DNA of 57,392 nucleotides from Xenococcaceae cyanobacterium (lineage in GTDB: Bacteria; Cyanobacteriota; Cyanobacteriia; Cyanobacteriales; Xenococcaceae), in contig JBFRWE010000469.1 of the NCBI GenBank assembly GCA_051439345.1, positions 1-57,392 on the forward strand. The letters are read 5' to 3'. The position numbers and the translations under genes were made by a program. The notes under the pieces are model-generated. The model saw only the letters and a list, made by a program, of their open reading frames with translations, searched no databases and had not been told where the DNA came from. The stretch's first letter is position 1; each line of letters opens with the position of its first letter. This document shows, piece after piece, positions 17,467-28,127 of the stretch.

Positions 17467-18852
17467 ATGGTAAATATTGCTCAAAGGATTACCTCTGTTG
17501 AAAATAGCCTACTTCCGCCAGTCATAATTCAAGGCGAACCCGCTCCTGAAATGACTCTTGCTGTACGGATGCAGCATTATAAAGTACCAGGAGTGAGTAT
17601 TGCAGCGATCGACAATGGAGAGATTGAATGGGCGCGAGGATATGGTGTATGCGATCAAGATAATAATATTCCTGTTACTACGACAACATTATTCCAAGCA
17701 GCATCAATTAGCAAACCTGTGGCTGCTATGGCAGCATTATCTTTAGTGCAAGAGGGTAAGCTCGATTTAGATGAAGATGTTAATAATAGACTTAAATCTT
17801 GGAAAGTACCAGAAAATGAGTACACCACAGAACAGAAAGTAACCCTGCGGGGTCTTCTAAGTCATACTGCGGGAGTTACAGTTCACGGATTTGAGGGATA
17901 CTCAGCTAATCAATCAATTCCTAATCTGTTACAAGTTTTAGATGGGGTTGAACCAGCTAATTCCGATCCTATTCGCGTTGATTTAAAACCAAGAAGTCAA
18001 TGGCGATATTCTGGCGGAGGCTACACAATAATGCAACAGCTACTCATAGATGTAGTTGGTAAACCATTCCCTGTCATTGCTGAAGAACTTGTTTTAAATA
18101 AAATCGGCATGAAATATAGCACCTTCGAGCAACCTTTACCAGAAAAACTCGTAGCTTCAGCAGCTACCGCACATCAAGAAGGACAAAAGCTAAACAATAA
18201 GTGGCATAACTATCCAGAAATGGCTGCTGCTGGACTATGGACAACACCATCCGATCTTGCTCTTTTTGCCATTGAATTACAAAATGCCCTATCTGGTTCA
18301 TCTAACCAAGTACTATCTACAGAAATGGCAAATTTGATGATTACACCTGAAATGCATCCCTATGGACTAGGATTGATGCTGAACGATCGAGAAAAAGTCA
18401 CTCGTTTCGGTCATGGTGGAGCAAATACGGGTTTTATGTCTAAACTGGTTTCCTATACCAGCAAGGGACAGGGTGCTGTGGTAATGACCAATGGAAGTGA
18501 TGGTTATTATTTAGCTGAAGAAATTATTCGGAGTATCGCAAAAGAGTATAATTGGATTGATTTTCTAGGAAAAGCAAAGGTTCTCGCCCAGGTCAATCCC
18601 CAGATTTACGATATCTACTCTGGTGAATATGAACTCAAACCGAATTTCATTCTTAAAGTTACTAAGAATCAAGACAGGCTCTATACACAAGCCACTGACC
18701 AGCAAAAGCTTGAGATTTTTCCCGAATCAGAAACAACTTTTTTCTGCAAAGAAGTTGAGGCACAAATTACATTTGTCAAAAATAAAACAGGTCAAGTAAC
18801 TCATTTAGTTCTAAATCAGCAAGGAGAATATGTGGCAAAAAAGCTTCAATAA
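17467..18852 (+). CDS. Serine hydrolase, beta-lactamase (class C / PBP-like) family
   Basis: SxxK motif AASISKPV, plus YSGGGY and HGG motifs. 461 aa. Confidence 0.85.
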   Translation: MVNIAQRITSVENSLLPPVIIQGEPAPEMTLAVRMQHYKVPGVSIAAIDNGEIEWARGYGVCDQDNNIPVTTTTLFQAASISKPVAAMAALSLVQEGKLDLDEDVNNRLKSWKVPENEYTTEQKVTLRGLLSHTAGVTVHGFEGYSANQSIPNLLQVLDGVEPANSDPIRVDLKPRSQWRYSGGGYTIMQQLLIDVVGKPFPVIAEELVLNKIGMKYSTFEQPLPEKLVASAATAHQEGQKLNNKWHNYPEMAAAGLWTTPSDLALFAIELQNALSGSSNQVLSTEMANLMITPEMHPYGLGLMLNDREKVTRFGHGGANTGFMSKLVSYTSKGQGAVVMTNGSDGYYLAEEIIRSIAKEYNWIDFLGKAKVLAQVNPQIYDIYSGEYELKPNFILKVTKNQDRLYTQATDQQKLEIFPESETTFFCKEVEAQITFVKNKTGQVTHLVLNQQGEYVAKKLQ

Positions 18853-18878
18853 ACTCTTAGCTTTTAGCTACTTAGGGA

Positions 18879-18899
18879 CTGTTCATTGTTTACTGTTCA
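18879..18899. repeat. Heptamer tandem repeat (CTGTTCA-like, 3 units)
   Basis: ctgttca ttgttta ctgttca, just after the hydrolase stop codon. Confidence 0.7.
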
Positions 18900-18961
18900 C
18901 TGATAAAGCGATCGCTTGCCGTATCTGAGTAAAATAACTTGGGTAGTATATCAAGAGAAAA

Positions 18962-20518
18962 ATGGCAGCAAGTTTAAGCCAAGAAGAAACAGAAGTTATC
19001 GTAATTGGTAGTGGAATTGGTGGTTTGAGTTGTGCTAGTTTACTAGCTAGGTATGGCTTTAAAGTAGTAGTCTGTGAAAGTCATTCTATTCCTGGTGGTG
19101 CTGCTCATGGTTTTGAGTACCAAGGATTCAAGTTTGATTCGGGGCCATCTCTCTATTCTGGTTTGTCCTATTCTCCTTCCTCTAATCCCCTCAAACAAGT
19201 TCTCGATGCTATTGGCGAGGATGCAACCTGGTTAACTTACAATACTTGGGGTTGTCGTTTACCGGAAGGAGACTTTAATACTGTTGTTGGCAAAGATCAA
19301 TTTTGTGAAGTCCTCCAAAAGTTGCGGGGAAATCAAGCTGTAGCTGAGTGGCGTAAACTACAACAGGTTATGCAACCTTTGGCAGAAGCAGTAAATGCTC
19401 TTCCTCCTACTGCTTTACGCTCAGATTTAGGTGCAGCTATAACCACAATGAAGTTTTTATCTTCTTTGGCTTGGCACACACCTAATATTCTCAAACTACT
19501 AAATCCTTTTAGCCATATTATGAATGGTGTTGTTAAGGATGATTTTATTCGTAATTGGCTGGACTTATTGTGTTTTCTACTTTCTGGATTACCAGCTAAC
19601 GGAACAATTGCAGCAGAAATGGCATTTATGTTTGCTGAATGGTATAAGCCTGGAGTAGTACTAGATTATCCTGTGGGTGGTAGTTCCGCTTTAGTTGAGG
19701 CTTTAGTAAGAGGACTCAGAAAACACGGTGGTGAATTAAAGCTCAAAGCTCATGTTGAACAAGTAATAGTAGAAAATAATCGTGCCGTGGGCGTATTATT
19801 GCGAGGAAATAAAAGAATAAAAGCAAGTAAAGCAGTTATTTCTAACGCTTCCGTGTGGGATACTCTCAAACTCTTACCAAACGAAGCAATACCTGCGAGT
19901 TTCCGCAAGCAACGGCAAAATACCCCAGAATGCGATAGCTTTATGCATCTCCACTTGGGTATCGATGCTAGCAATCTACCTTCAGACTTAGCTTGTCACT
20001 ATATCGTGGTTAATGATTGGGATAAAGGAATAAATGCACCCCAAAATGTAACAGTAATGTCTATTCCTTCAGTATTAGACCCCAATCTTGCTCCAGCAGG
20101 AAAACACGTTATTCATGTCTACACTCCTGGTAATGAGCCTTACTCTCTGTGGCAGGGAATGGATAGAAAAAGTAAGGAGTATGAACAGCAAAAAACAGCC
20201 AGAGCGGAAGTTATGTGGCAAGCTTTAGAACGAGTTATCCCTGATATTCGCTCTAGTTGTGAAGTAACTTTAGTCGGTACACCTCTTACTCACCAACACT
20301 TTCTCCGTCGTCATCATGGCTCTTATGGTCCAGCTATTAAGGCTGGAGTTGACTTATTCCCTGGAGCAACTACTCCCTTACCAGGACTTTTGTGCTGTGG
20401 AGATTCTACTTTTCCTGGCATTGGTTTACCTGCCGTAGCTGCTAGTGGCGCGATCGCTGCAAATACTCTAGCTCCAATAGATAAACATCTAGCTATGCTT
20501 AAAGATATTGGATTTTGA
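18962..20518 (+). CDS. Carotenoid isomerase (CrtH/CRTISO)-family FAD-dependent oxidoreductase
   Basis: VIVIGSGIGGLSCASLLARYGFKVVVCESHSIPGG. C-terminal GTPLTHQHFLRR..GSYGP and CCGDSTFPGIGLPAVA resemble CrtH as I recall it. Ortholog versus paralog cannot be decided here. Confidence 0.8.
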   Translation: MAASLSQEETEVIVIGSGIGGLSCASLLARYGFKVVVCESHSIPGGAAHGFEYQGFKFDSGPSLYSGLSYSPSSNPLKQVLDAIGEDATWLTYNTWGCRLPEGDFNTVVGKDQFCEVLQKLRGNQAVAEWRKLQQVMQPLAEAVNALPPTALRSDLGAAITTMKFLSSLAWHTPNILKLLNPFSHIMNGVVKDDFIRNWLDLLCFLLSGLPANGTIAAEMAFMFAEWYKPGVVLDYPVGGSSALVEALVRGLRKHGGELKLKAHVEQVIVENNRAVGVLLRGNKRIKASKAVISNASVWDTLKLLPNEAIPASFRKQRQNTPECDSFMHLHLGIDASNLPSDLACHYIVVNDWDKGINAPQNVTVMSIPSVLDPNLAPAGKHVIHVYTPGNEPYSLWQGMDRKSKEYEQQKTARAEVMWQALERVIPDIRSSCEVTLVGTPLTHQHFLRRHHGSYGPAIKAGVDLFPGATTPLPGLLCCGDSTFPGIGLPAVAASGAIAANTLAPIDKHLAMLKDIGF

Positions 20519-20580
20519 TGATATTTTACCCATAGGGCTAATCTACAATAGAGATATAACCAATAATCACATAACATCTT

Positions 20581-20940
20581 ATGACGGAAACAACAGTAAC
20601 CCCCTCAAGAGGAATTCAATTAACTGAGACAGCCTTAAAACACGTATCCATGCTTAAAGAACAACAAGGCAACAAAGAACTCTGTTTACGGGTAGGAGTT
20701 CGTCAGGGAGGTTGTTCGGGTATGTCTTATATGATGGATTTTGAAGACCCTAGTAATATTCGTGAAGATGACGAAGTATTTGATTATGATGGATTTAAAA
20801 TTATTTGCGATCCCAAAAGTCTCCTTTATCTCTACGGTCTAGTTTTAGATTATAGTAACGCTATGATTGGTGGTGGTTTTCAGTTTACCAATCCTAATGC
20901 CAACCAAACTTGTGGGTGTGGTAAATCTTTTGGCGTTTAA
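20581..20940 (+). CDS. Iron-sulfur cluster insertion protein (IscA/SufA/HesB family)
   Basis: GGCSG and the C-terminal CGCGKSF cysteine motif. Confidence 0.9.
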   Translation: MTETTVTPSRGIQLTETALKHVSMLKEQQGNKELCLRVGVRQGGCSGMSYMMDFEDPSNIREDDEVFDYDGFKIICDPKSLLYLYGLVLDYSNAMIGGGFQFTNPNANQTCGCGKSFGV

Positions 20941-20981
20941 CTTTACTCTTTAACGAGAATAATCAAGTATATTTTTATAGG

Positions 20982-21009
20982 GCAGGCATAGATAGCCTGC
21001 TTTCACTTT
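20982..21009 (+). terminator. Rho-independent terminator candidate
   Basis: gcaggc atagata gcctgc followed by tttcacttt. Confidence 0.55.
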
Positions 21010-21037
21010 GATGACCTATTAGCAATAACAATTTTGT

Positions 21038-21460
21038 ATGACGACCGAATCCGTAGATAATTTACTAGACCAAGGTTTAGCAAGATATCAAGCAGGAGAA
21101 AAAGCCGAAGACTTAATTCCCTATTTTCAAGAACTTTGCGATCGCGCCCCCAGAAATGCTACGGCTTGGAGTTGTTTAGCTTGGCTTTATCTTTTAACCG
21201 AACAAGGCAAAAAGGCTCTTAAGGCTGCCCAAAAAAGTACCAAACTGGAAAGCAAAGCTCCCCAAGCTCGCATTAATTTAGCTCTAGCGATGTTGGAAGT
21301 AGGGGAAAAAGGCGTTAGAAAGCATATAGAAATAGTTCAACAAATAATGGGAATAGATAATCAAATCGCCAAAGATATCCAAGATAACATCGAGGATGGT
21401 TTAGCTAGAAAACCCGACTGGGAAAGTCTCAAGCGTGTCAAAAAATGGTTAATAGATTAA
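21038..21460 (+). CDS. TPR-repeat protein
   Basis: 140 aa with TPR-like A/W/L/Y periodicity (ATAWSCLAWLYLLTEQGKKALKAAQKS). Confidence 0.65.
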   Translation: MTTESVDNLLDQGLARYQAGEKAEDLIPYFQELCDRAPRNATAWSCLAWLYLLTEQGKKALKAAQKSTKLESKAPQARINLALAMLEVGEKGVRKHIEIVQQIMGIDNQIAKDIQDNIEDGLARKPDWESLKRVKKWLID

Positions 21461-21510
21461 TTAATGATTAATAATTAATAGTAAATAATGGACAAGGTGA
21501 TAAGTTAAGA

Positions 21511-22386
21511 ATGGATTTAGCTAAAAAAGTACTTCTTGGTCTTCAAGCAGACGATTTTCGCCATCCTCTAGATTTAGAGGCGACAACAACTCTAAAACAA
21601 ATACCGGGCTTAGATGTCGCTATTCGTAGCCTACTAGGTTCGGTAGCAGAAGAGTTTTTTTACGTGGATAATATTGCTGCTAGTGTTCTCGTTAGCGATA
21701 AGCAGTTACCTTCAATTCACCAACTGCTGTTAGACGCTTGTACGGTTCTCGATCTTGAACCGCCTCAACTATATGTAAAGCAAAATCCTGTTCCTAATGC
21801 TTACACTTTTGCCATGCGAGGTAAAAAGCCTTTCATGGTTTTACATACTTCTCTAATAGAGATTCTTACTCCTCAAGAGATTCAAGCAGTAATTGCCCAT
21901 GAACTTGGTCATCTCAAATGCGAGCATGGAGTTTATTTGACCATGGCTAATATAATGGTCTTAGCAGCTAACTTACTTCCTGTTTGGGGGACAGTTTTAG
22001 CTCGCTCTATGCAGGAGCAAATGTTACGATGGGTACGCTGTGCTGAGTTTAGTTGCGATCGCGCTGCCCTATTGGCTACTCAAGACCCTAAAGTAGTTAT
22101 GTCAGTCTTAATGAAGCTAGCCGGTGGTTCTCCCACTCTTGCTCCTCAATTAAATTTAAACGCTTTTATCGAACAAGCTAGAGACTACGATAGTTTTAGT
22201 CAGGATAGCTTAGGGGAAATGCTGAAAACTGCTCAGACTGCCAACCTAACTCATCCTGTGCCTGTAATTCGCGCTAGGGAGATCGATCGCTGGGGAAGTT
22301 CTTTTGAGTATCAGAATATTCTCTCTTTACGTAACGATCGTGGTGTGAAAAAAGATAATGCTCAAGGTGGCTGGCGGAATTGGTAA
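21511..22386 (+). CDS. M48 family zinc metallopeptidase
   Basis: HEXXH motif AHELGHLKCEHG, hydrophobic segments, and Glu/His downstream. Confidence 0.85.
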   Translation: MDLAKKVLLGLQADDFRHPLDLEATTTLKQIPGLDVAIRSLLGSVAEEFFYVDNIAASVLVSDKQLPSIHQLLLDACTVLDLEPPQLYVKQNPVPNAYTFAMRGKKPFMVLHTSLIEILTPQEIQAVIAHELGHLKCEHGVYLTMANIMVLAANLLPVWGTVLARSMQEQMLRWVRCAEFSCDRAALLATQDPKVVMSVLMKLAGGSPTLAPQLNLNAFIEQARDYDSFSQDSLGEMLKTAQTANLTHPVPVIRAREIDRWGSSFEYQNILSLRNDRGVKKDNAQGGWRNW

Positions 22387-22387
22387 A

Positions 22388-22415
22388 TTGGTCATTGGTC
22401 ATTGCTTATTAGTCA
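22388..22415. repeat. Heptamer tandem repeat (TTGGTCA-like, 4 units)
   Basis: ttggtca ttggtca ttgctta ttagtca. TTGGTCA matches the STRR2-type heptamer described in cyanobacteria. Confidence 0.85.
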
Positions 22416-22711
22416 TTAGATCTTTTTGAGCAACAAATTACCAAGTAACTGTAGTCAAGGGTTTAAGGTGTTCTTCAAGCTAGGTAGAATCAATTTCTTC
22501 CTTGTCTCCCTTGCCTCCTTATCTTTCTGAACAATTTCAGTAGAACTTATACAAGAAATTTATTGCCAGTAAAAGCTTGAGTGTCTTGCGAACAAAGGGT
22601 TTCTCGCTCAAGCTGATTTTAGTCTGAAAATTTTGTAAAGATAAGTAAAGAAATATGTACAAAATTAGAGTAAAATAGAATTTAATTTACTCGCTATTGT
22701 TAAGTAGCCCA

Positions 22712-23404
22712 ATGAGCTTTTTTAATCATAAACAGCCTATATTACGTCGTAAACAAGAAGCACTAGATATCCAAGACCGCCAAGGATTATTACAACTAAG
22801 ATTATCTCTTAAAAATAAAACTTTATTTTCGACAACCTACACCAGAATAGACCAAGTTTTTGTAGTTTGGGGGCTTATTTCAGCACTAATCTTTATTACA
22901 GCCCAATTTAATCCAATTAGCTGGACTACTCAAGCTTTATATTGGTCAATTGTTACTATCGTTGGTACGATTGCTATGTTTCAGATGACTCATTTTTGGG
23001 TCAGAGTAGAACGATTACGCTGGGTTTTATATACTTGGTCTTTGCTGATGCTTGGGGGTATTGTTCTTACCGATCTCAGTATTTTTATTGGTTGGGGGCG
23101 AATTTTAGTACATCTGTGTCATCTTTGGTTGGGTTTGAGTGCTACTGGCTATTTGATTACAGGAATAGGGCTACGTTCTCGTGCCTTGATGGTTTCAGCT
23201 AGTCTTCATATTTTAGGTATATTAATGCTGCCTTACTTCCCTGGTTGGCAATTTTTGCTAACAGGCTTAATTATGACGACAAATTTACTAGTTTTCGCAG
23301 AAATACAGTGGGATATGCGCCCTCCCCTAGAAAATTACCACTTATTAACAGAAGAACAAAAACAATTCAACCGAGAGCAATATCAATTGCGCCAAGCTTT
23401 ATAG
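22712..23404 (+). CDS. Hypothetical multi-pass membrane protein
   Basis: About 6 predicted TM segments. ATG 22712 is preferred over TTG 22697. Confidence 0.6.
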   Translation: MSFFNHKQPILRRKQEALDIQDRQGLLQLRLSLKNKTLFSTTYTRIDQVFVVWGLISALIFITAQFNPISWTTQALYWSIVTIVGTIAMFQMTHFWVRVERLRWVLYTWSLLMLGGIVLTDLSIFIGWGRILVHLCHLWLGLSATGYLITGIGLRSRALMVSASLHILGILMLPYFPGWQFLLTGLIMTTNLLVFAEIQWDMRPPLENYHLLTEEQKQFNREQYQLRQAL

Positions 23405-24133
23405 CTTAACTAAAATGCCTGGTTCTTTTTGAATCGGCAGAACATCTAAAATACTGTTTTCAGCACAGTATTTTAAATCATCATCACATCCTAATCTGAG
23501 GAGGCGTTGCCCGTGATCGGCAAGATTAAACATCTCTACCAGATTATCTTTCCATTGGGAATAAAGAGCGATCGCGCCAACTACTTCATCATTACCAGTT
23601 ATCTCTTCTAAAGATAAATTGCCTTGCTCTAACAAAGAAAGAGCGATCGCTCCTGCACAGGCAGTATCCTCTATAGCATAACCACCCTGCCATCCCGATC
23701 CTACTAGCCATATAGTTGCTGGTTTATTTGCTAACAAATAATTAACGGCTGCCTGACAATTCACTTGAGCAGCTGTAATAACAGTAGGAGATTGGGCGAC
23801 TCTTTCTAAAGCACGAGTGCCGTTAGTGGTGGTCATAAATAATCTTTTGTTGGCGACAATCTCAGCCGTAAAATTGAGAGGAGAATTACCTAAATCGCAG
23901 CCTTCTACTTTTTCCCCTCCTCTTTCTCCCGCTCGCAAGCGTTTTTCAGGTAGCCATGCTTCCGAAGTCTGCATCAATCGATCTATGTCACTAAAAGCCT
24001 GTACAGAGTCTGCCCCTGCATCTAAAGCAGTGGCAATAGTAGTGGTTGCCCTGAGAACATCTATTACTACAGCGCAATCAGGAAGTTGTTCTGAAGGAGT
24101 AAGTTCAGGAGTGTGATGAACAAATAATTTCAC
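23399..24133 (-). CDS. 2-phosphosulfolactate phosphatase (ComB) family protein
   Basis: [15 protein letters not shown] and [11 protein letters not shown] are typical of ComB as I recall it. Confidence 0.8.
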   Translation of the reverse strand: MKLFVHHTPELTPSEQLPDCAVVIDVLRATTTIATALDAGADSVQAFSDIDRLMQTSEAWLPEKRLRAGERGGEKVEGCDLGNSPLNFTAEIVANKRLFMTTTNGTRALERVAQSPTVITAAQVNCQAAVNYLLANKPATIWLVGSGWQGGYAIEDTACAGAIALSLLEQGNLSLEEITGNDEVVGAIALYSQWKDNLVEMFNLADHGQRLLRLGCDDDLKYCAENSILDVLPIQKEPGILVKL

Positions 24134-24293
24134 TTAGTTACACTTAATCAATAAACATAAACTTTCGCAATTATACGTTATCTAGAACCCATTCCATGCA
24201 ACAGAAAATAGGTTGATTGCGTCTTTATTTTTACTGTGTCTTTATTATATGTATAAGACAAGACTTTTTAAGTGCTGAAGGAGATCAATTATT

Positions 24294-26132
24294 ATGACCA
24301 AAAGCGATCGACTTTCCTCGTTCCCTGTAAATAATCCTCTTTATCCCTGGAAAACCAAGATGATCGGCAAAAAATGGCTTGGCAGTTTATCTTTATTGCT
24401 CATCCTACCTTTAATTACAGGTAAAGTTATCCTCCCCCAGACAGCTAACGCTCAAACTACTTCTAAACAACAATTTTCTGCAGAAGCAAACATTCTTTAC
24501 GTTGACTCAAAACAAGGAAGAGATCGCCAAGGAGACGGAACTAAGGAATCTCCACTCAAAACTATCACTGAAGCTCTCAAGTTAGCTAAGTCTGACACTA
24601 TTATTCATCTTAATCCTGGGACTTATAACGAACAGACAGGGGAAACTTTTCCTCTGGTTATTAGTAAAAGGGTGACAATTCAGGGTAGTCCTAGTTCTAA
24701 AGGACATAATGTTGTCATTAATGGTAGTGGCGATTTCATCAGTCCCACTGGTGCAGGACAACAAGTAACGATCGCAGCCATTAAAGAAGCTCAAGGATTA
24801 ACAGGTGTAACGGTTATGAATCCTCATTCACGAGGACATGGGTTGTGGATTGAATCTTCTAGTCCTACAGTTACCAATAATAGCTTTATTCGCAATGGCA
24901 ATACAGGACTATCTGTTAACGGTAGAAGTGACCCAAATATTAGTGATAATTATTTTTCTCGTAACGGAGGTAACGGTTTACTTATTTACGGTACATCTAA
25001 ACCTCAAGTAGAAAATAATGAGTTTGAAAATACTGGTTTCGGAGTAAGTATAGTCCAAAACTCCGCACCAACTTTACTTGGTAATACTTTTAGTCGTAAT
25101 CGGATTGGGGTAATCCTAGAAGGTAATTCTCAAGCTGTTTTACGCAACAATGAAATCACTAATTCTGCAGAATCTGGCTTAGTGGCGATCGCTCAATCTA
25201 GAGTAGATTTAGGTACAACTACTCAACCAGGAGAGAATATTTTCCGTGGCAATAAGAACTTAGATATCCAGAATGGCACTCCTAATTCAATCACTGCTGC
25301 TGGTACAGAGATTAGTGGTAAAACAGAAGGAAGTATCGATTTTATGGGTACAGCGATTGCTCCCCGTACTACGGAAACAACTGAGTTAAGACCTCTAAAA
25401 CTTTTATCTCCTCTTTCTCCCAATCAAACTCCCATTTCGAGGGAAGCTTCTCAACCTTTACCTGTTGCGGAAACTGCCAATAGCAATAGTAATACTCTCC
25501 CACAACCTAAAGCCATTACCTATCCTGCCTCTCCTCCAGTATTGAGGGAAGCTTCTCAACCTTTACCTGTTGCGGAAACTGCCAATAGCAGCAGTAATAC
25601 TCTGCCACAACCTAAAGCCATTACCTATCCTGCCTCTTCTCCAGTTTCGAGGGAAGCTTCTGAAACAAAAGCAACCAATGAGTTGGTCTTTACTGTTCCG
25701 CCAGACCCTTCAACTCTCTCAAATTCCACTGTAGAAGAACAGGTTGATAGCTCATCAAGTAAAACTGACATCGATCGACCAGCTAAATTACCAGTTCCTG
25801 CTGTTCCGCAATCTAGTGCTCTTAGTCCTCAAATTAAGCCTTCAACTCTGACATCCTCTCCCCAAAATACCCAAATAAGTAGTTTGTCTGATGTCTTAGG
25901 AGGCAACTCTATAGCTAGTACTAGTACAAGCACAACTAAGTATAAAGTAATTGCGGAAGCTACCAGTGATAGCCAAAAAGCACAAGTGCGATCGATGTAT
26001 CCTGATGCTTTTAATACTACTTACCAAGGTAAATCTATGCTGCAAGTAGGAGTTTTTGGTAATCAAAATACCGCCGAAAATGTCTTGCAATCTCTAGAAA
26101 AAATAGGCATACAGGGAATTATTCTTAATTAA
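24294..26132 (+). CDS. Secreted right-handed beta-helix (DUF1565-like) protein with Pro/Ser-rich repeats and a C-terminal SPOR-like domain
   Basis: Signal/TM segment, DUF1565-like ILYVDSKQG...GTKESPLKTITEAL, parallel beta-helix NxxxN repeats, a 35-aa tandem repeat, and C-terminal LQVGVFGNQNTAENVLQSLEKIG. Confidence 0.8.
   Translation: MTKSDRLSSFPVNNPLYPWKTKMIGKKWLGSLSLLLILPLITGKVILPQTANAQTTSKQQFSAEANILYVDSKQGRDRQGDGTKESPLKTITEALKLAKSDTIIHLNPGTYNEQTGETFPLVISKRVTIQGSPSSKGHNVVINGSGDFISPTGAGQQVTIAAIKEAQGLTGVTVMNPHSRGHGLWIESSSPTVTNNSFIRNGNTGLSVNGRSDPNISDNYFSRNGGNGLLIYGTSKPQVENNEFENTGFGVSIVQNSAPTLLGNTFSRNRIGVILEGNSQAVLRNNEITNSAESGLVAIAQSRVDLGTTTQPGENIFRGNKNLDIQNGTPNSITAAGTEISGKTEGSIDFMGTAIAPRTTETTELRPLKLLSPLSPNQTPISREASQPLPVAETANSNSNTLPQPKAITYPASPPVLREASQPLPVAETANSSSNTLPQPKAITYPASSPVSREASETKATNELVFTVPPDPSTLSNSTVEEQVDSSSSKTDIDRPAKLPVPAVPQSSALSPQIKPSTLTSSPQNTQISSLSDVLGGNSIASTSTSTTKYKVIAEATSDSQKAQVRSMYPDAFNTTYQGKSMLQVGVFGNQNTAENVLQSLEKIGIQGIILN
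25441..25665 (+). repeat. 105-bp tandem repeat (2 full copies plus a partial one) inside the CDS
   Basis: gggaagcttctcaacctttacctgttgcggaaactgccaatagc... recurs at 25441, 25546 and 25651. It encodes REASQPLPVAETANS.SNTLPQPKAITYPAS. Confidence 0.9.
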
Positions 26133-26204
26133 TTGTTTGTTATTTGTGGTTAATTGCTTGTTTTATAATGGGGATCTCGGCGATCCCCTCCATCAATAGA
26201 AACT

Positions 26205-26849
26205 ATGACTAATACTGCATTCGCCAAGGGCGGGAACTTTACCAATTTGGATTTCTTTCAACCTCAGCCCAATCAAGATAGCCAACTGCTAGAACAATTA
26301 GGTTTTCTGCCTGGATTGAAAGAAATCTTGATGTTGCGACAAGTACACGCTTTGGAACATGCCACAGTTTGGATGTTAAGTGATTTAGAACAAGCAAGAC
26401 GAAACCAAGCTAGCAGCCATGTAAATTTTAATGACAACGAAACCATTGGGGGCATGTCTACGGAAAAAGGCTTTTATCTTTACGGAGAAATTAATCCCTT
26501 ACAACTCAAGCGTGCTGTGTGCTTAGCTTTGGATCGTCTCCAAAAAGGAGAATGGAATTTAGCTCTTCATCCTCGCTGTGGTACTAATGTTTCTGTTGCC
26601 ATGGTACTAACTACAGGAGCAATTTTAACTACCTATTTTTTGCTGCCACGAGATCCTTTAGGACAAATGTTAGGTTTAGGATTTGCCACTACTGCCGTTA
26701 GTTGGCTAGCACCAGATATTGGTATGTCGGTACAGAAGTACTTGACTACGGCCATACCCTTTAATCTCAAAATTAGAGAAATCGCCAAAACCGTTGATAG
26801 CATAGGTCGTCCAGCCCATTTTGTTAATTTGCAGTGGCAAAATTTGTAA
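26205..26849 (+). CDS. Conserved-looking hypothetical membrane protein
   Basis: 214 aa with a hydrophobic C-terminal half. No motif recognised with confidence. Confidence 0.6.
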   Translation: MTNTAFAKGGNFTNLDFFQPQPNQDSQLLEQLGFLPGLKEILMLRQVHALEHATVWMLSDLEQARRNQASSHVNFNDNETIGGMSTEKGFYLYGEINPLQLKRAVCLALDRLQKGEWNLALHPRCGTNVSVAMVLTTGAILTTYFLLPRDPLGQMLGLGFATTAVSWLAPDIGMSVQKYLTTAIPFNLKIREIAKTVDSIGRPAHFVNLQWQNL

Positions 26850-26929
26850 TAAAACTTAAAGCTGTCACTTATTCAAGAGGATTGATCCTTTAGTATTTTG
26901 ATATCTAAACTTATTTAATTGAAAAATCT

Positions 26930-27142
26930 ATGGCAATTAAAAGAGGATCAAAAGTTAGAATTCTGCGCAAAGAATCATATTGGTATAAAGACGTAGGCAC
27001 AGTTGCTAGTGTTGACACAAGCGGTATCATTTACCCAGTGATTGTCCGTTTTGATAAAGTTAATTACACTGGCTTTAGTGGTAGTCCTAGCGGTGTAAAC
27101 ACTAATAACTTTGCAGAAAGCGAATTGGAAGAGATCGGCTAA
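26930..27142 (+). CDS. psaE: Photosystem I reaction centre subunit IV
   Basis: [29 protein letters not shown]...[12 protein letters not shown]...[12 protein letters not shown] is classic PsaE. Confidence 0.95.
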   Translation: MAIKRGSKVRILRKESYWYKDVGTVASVDTSGIIYPVIVRFDKVNYTGFSGSPSGVNTNNFAESELEEIG

Positions 27143-27214
27143 AAACTTCTTCAAACTTCTGCGAAGACTGATAGGCTATTCTTAGTTGTTTCAAACGTAA
27201 GGATAGCCTTAAAT

Positions 27215-28063
27215 TTGCCAGAATTACCAGAAGTAGAGACAGTAAGTAAGGGTCTTAATCAGTTGACCCTTCAACAAAGAATAATGGGTGGGGATGTAGT
27301 ACTAAAAAGAACACTTGCTTACCCTATTTCTGTAGCAGAGTTTTGGCAAGGAATAGAAGGAGTGAGGATCGAGCGTTGGCAAAGACGAGGAAAATACTTA
27401 TTAGCCAAGTTAGTCAACTCATCTAGTCAAGATGGAGGTTGGCTGGGAGTACATCTCCGCATGACTGGTCAACTTCTCTGGGTAAAGCAGCAGGAATCTC
27501 TACAAAAACATACCCGTATCCGCCTGTTTTTTCCCCAAAAGCAAGAATTGCGCTTTGTTGATACCCGTACCTTTGGTAAATTCTGGTTTGTTCCTCCTGG
27601 CATAGCACCAGAAAAGATTATTACTGGTTTACAAAAATTGGGTCCCGAACCATTTTCCGAACAATTTTCCCAATCTTATTTTCAAGACAAATTAAGCTCT
27701 AGTCGTCGCCAAATCAAAACTTTATTACTAGATCAAGGAATAGTAGCTGGAATTGGTAATATTTATGCAGATGAAGCTCTTTTTAAAAGTGGTATCAACC
27801 CAGAGTCGATCGCTGCTAATTTAACTGACGATCGAATTACAAAACTTCATAGTGCCATTATTGAAGTTCTACAAACTGCCGTGGATAAAGGCGGTACAAC
27901 TTTTAGCGACTTTCTTAATTTACTAGGAGTAAGTGGTAATTATGGTGATGCTGCTTGGGTTTATGGCAGGAAAGGAGAACCTTGTCGTATTTGCGGTACT
28001 TCGATCGCTAAAATTAAATTAGGTGGACGCTCTGCTCATTTTTGTCCTCATTGTCAAAAGTAG
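27215..28063 (+). CDS. mutM: Formamidopyrimidine-DNA glycosylase
   Basis: N-terminal (M)PELPEVETV from a TTG start, H2TH region, and C-terminal zinc finger CRICG...CPHCQ. Confidence 0.93.
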   Translation: MPELPEVETVSKGLNQLTLQQRIMGGDVVLKRTLAYPISVAEFWQGIEGVRIERWQRRGKYLLAKLVNSSSQDGGWLGVHLRMTGQLLWVKQQESLQKHTRIRLFFPQKQELRFVDTRTFGKFWFVPPGIAPEKIITGLQKLGPEPFSEQFSQSYFQDKLSSSRRQIKTLLLDQGIVAGIGNIYADEALFKSGINPESIAANLTDDRITKLHSAIIEVLQTAVDKGGTTFSDFLNLLGVSGNYGDAAWVYGRKGEPCRICGTSIAKIKLGGRSAHFCPHCQK

Positions 28064-28127
28064 AAAATATTTAACTAAAAACTTACTTTTAAGCTAGTAG
28101 TCTTAAACAAATTCAAAACCATCTGCC

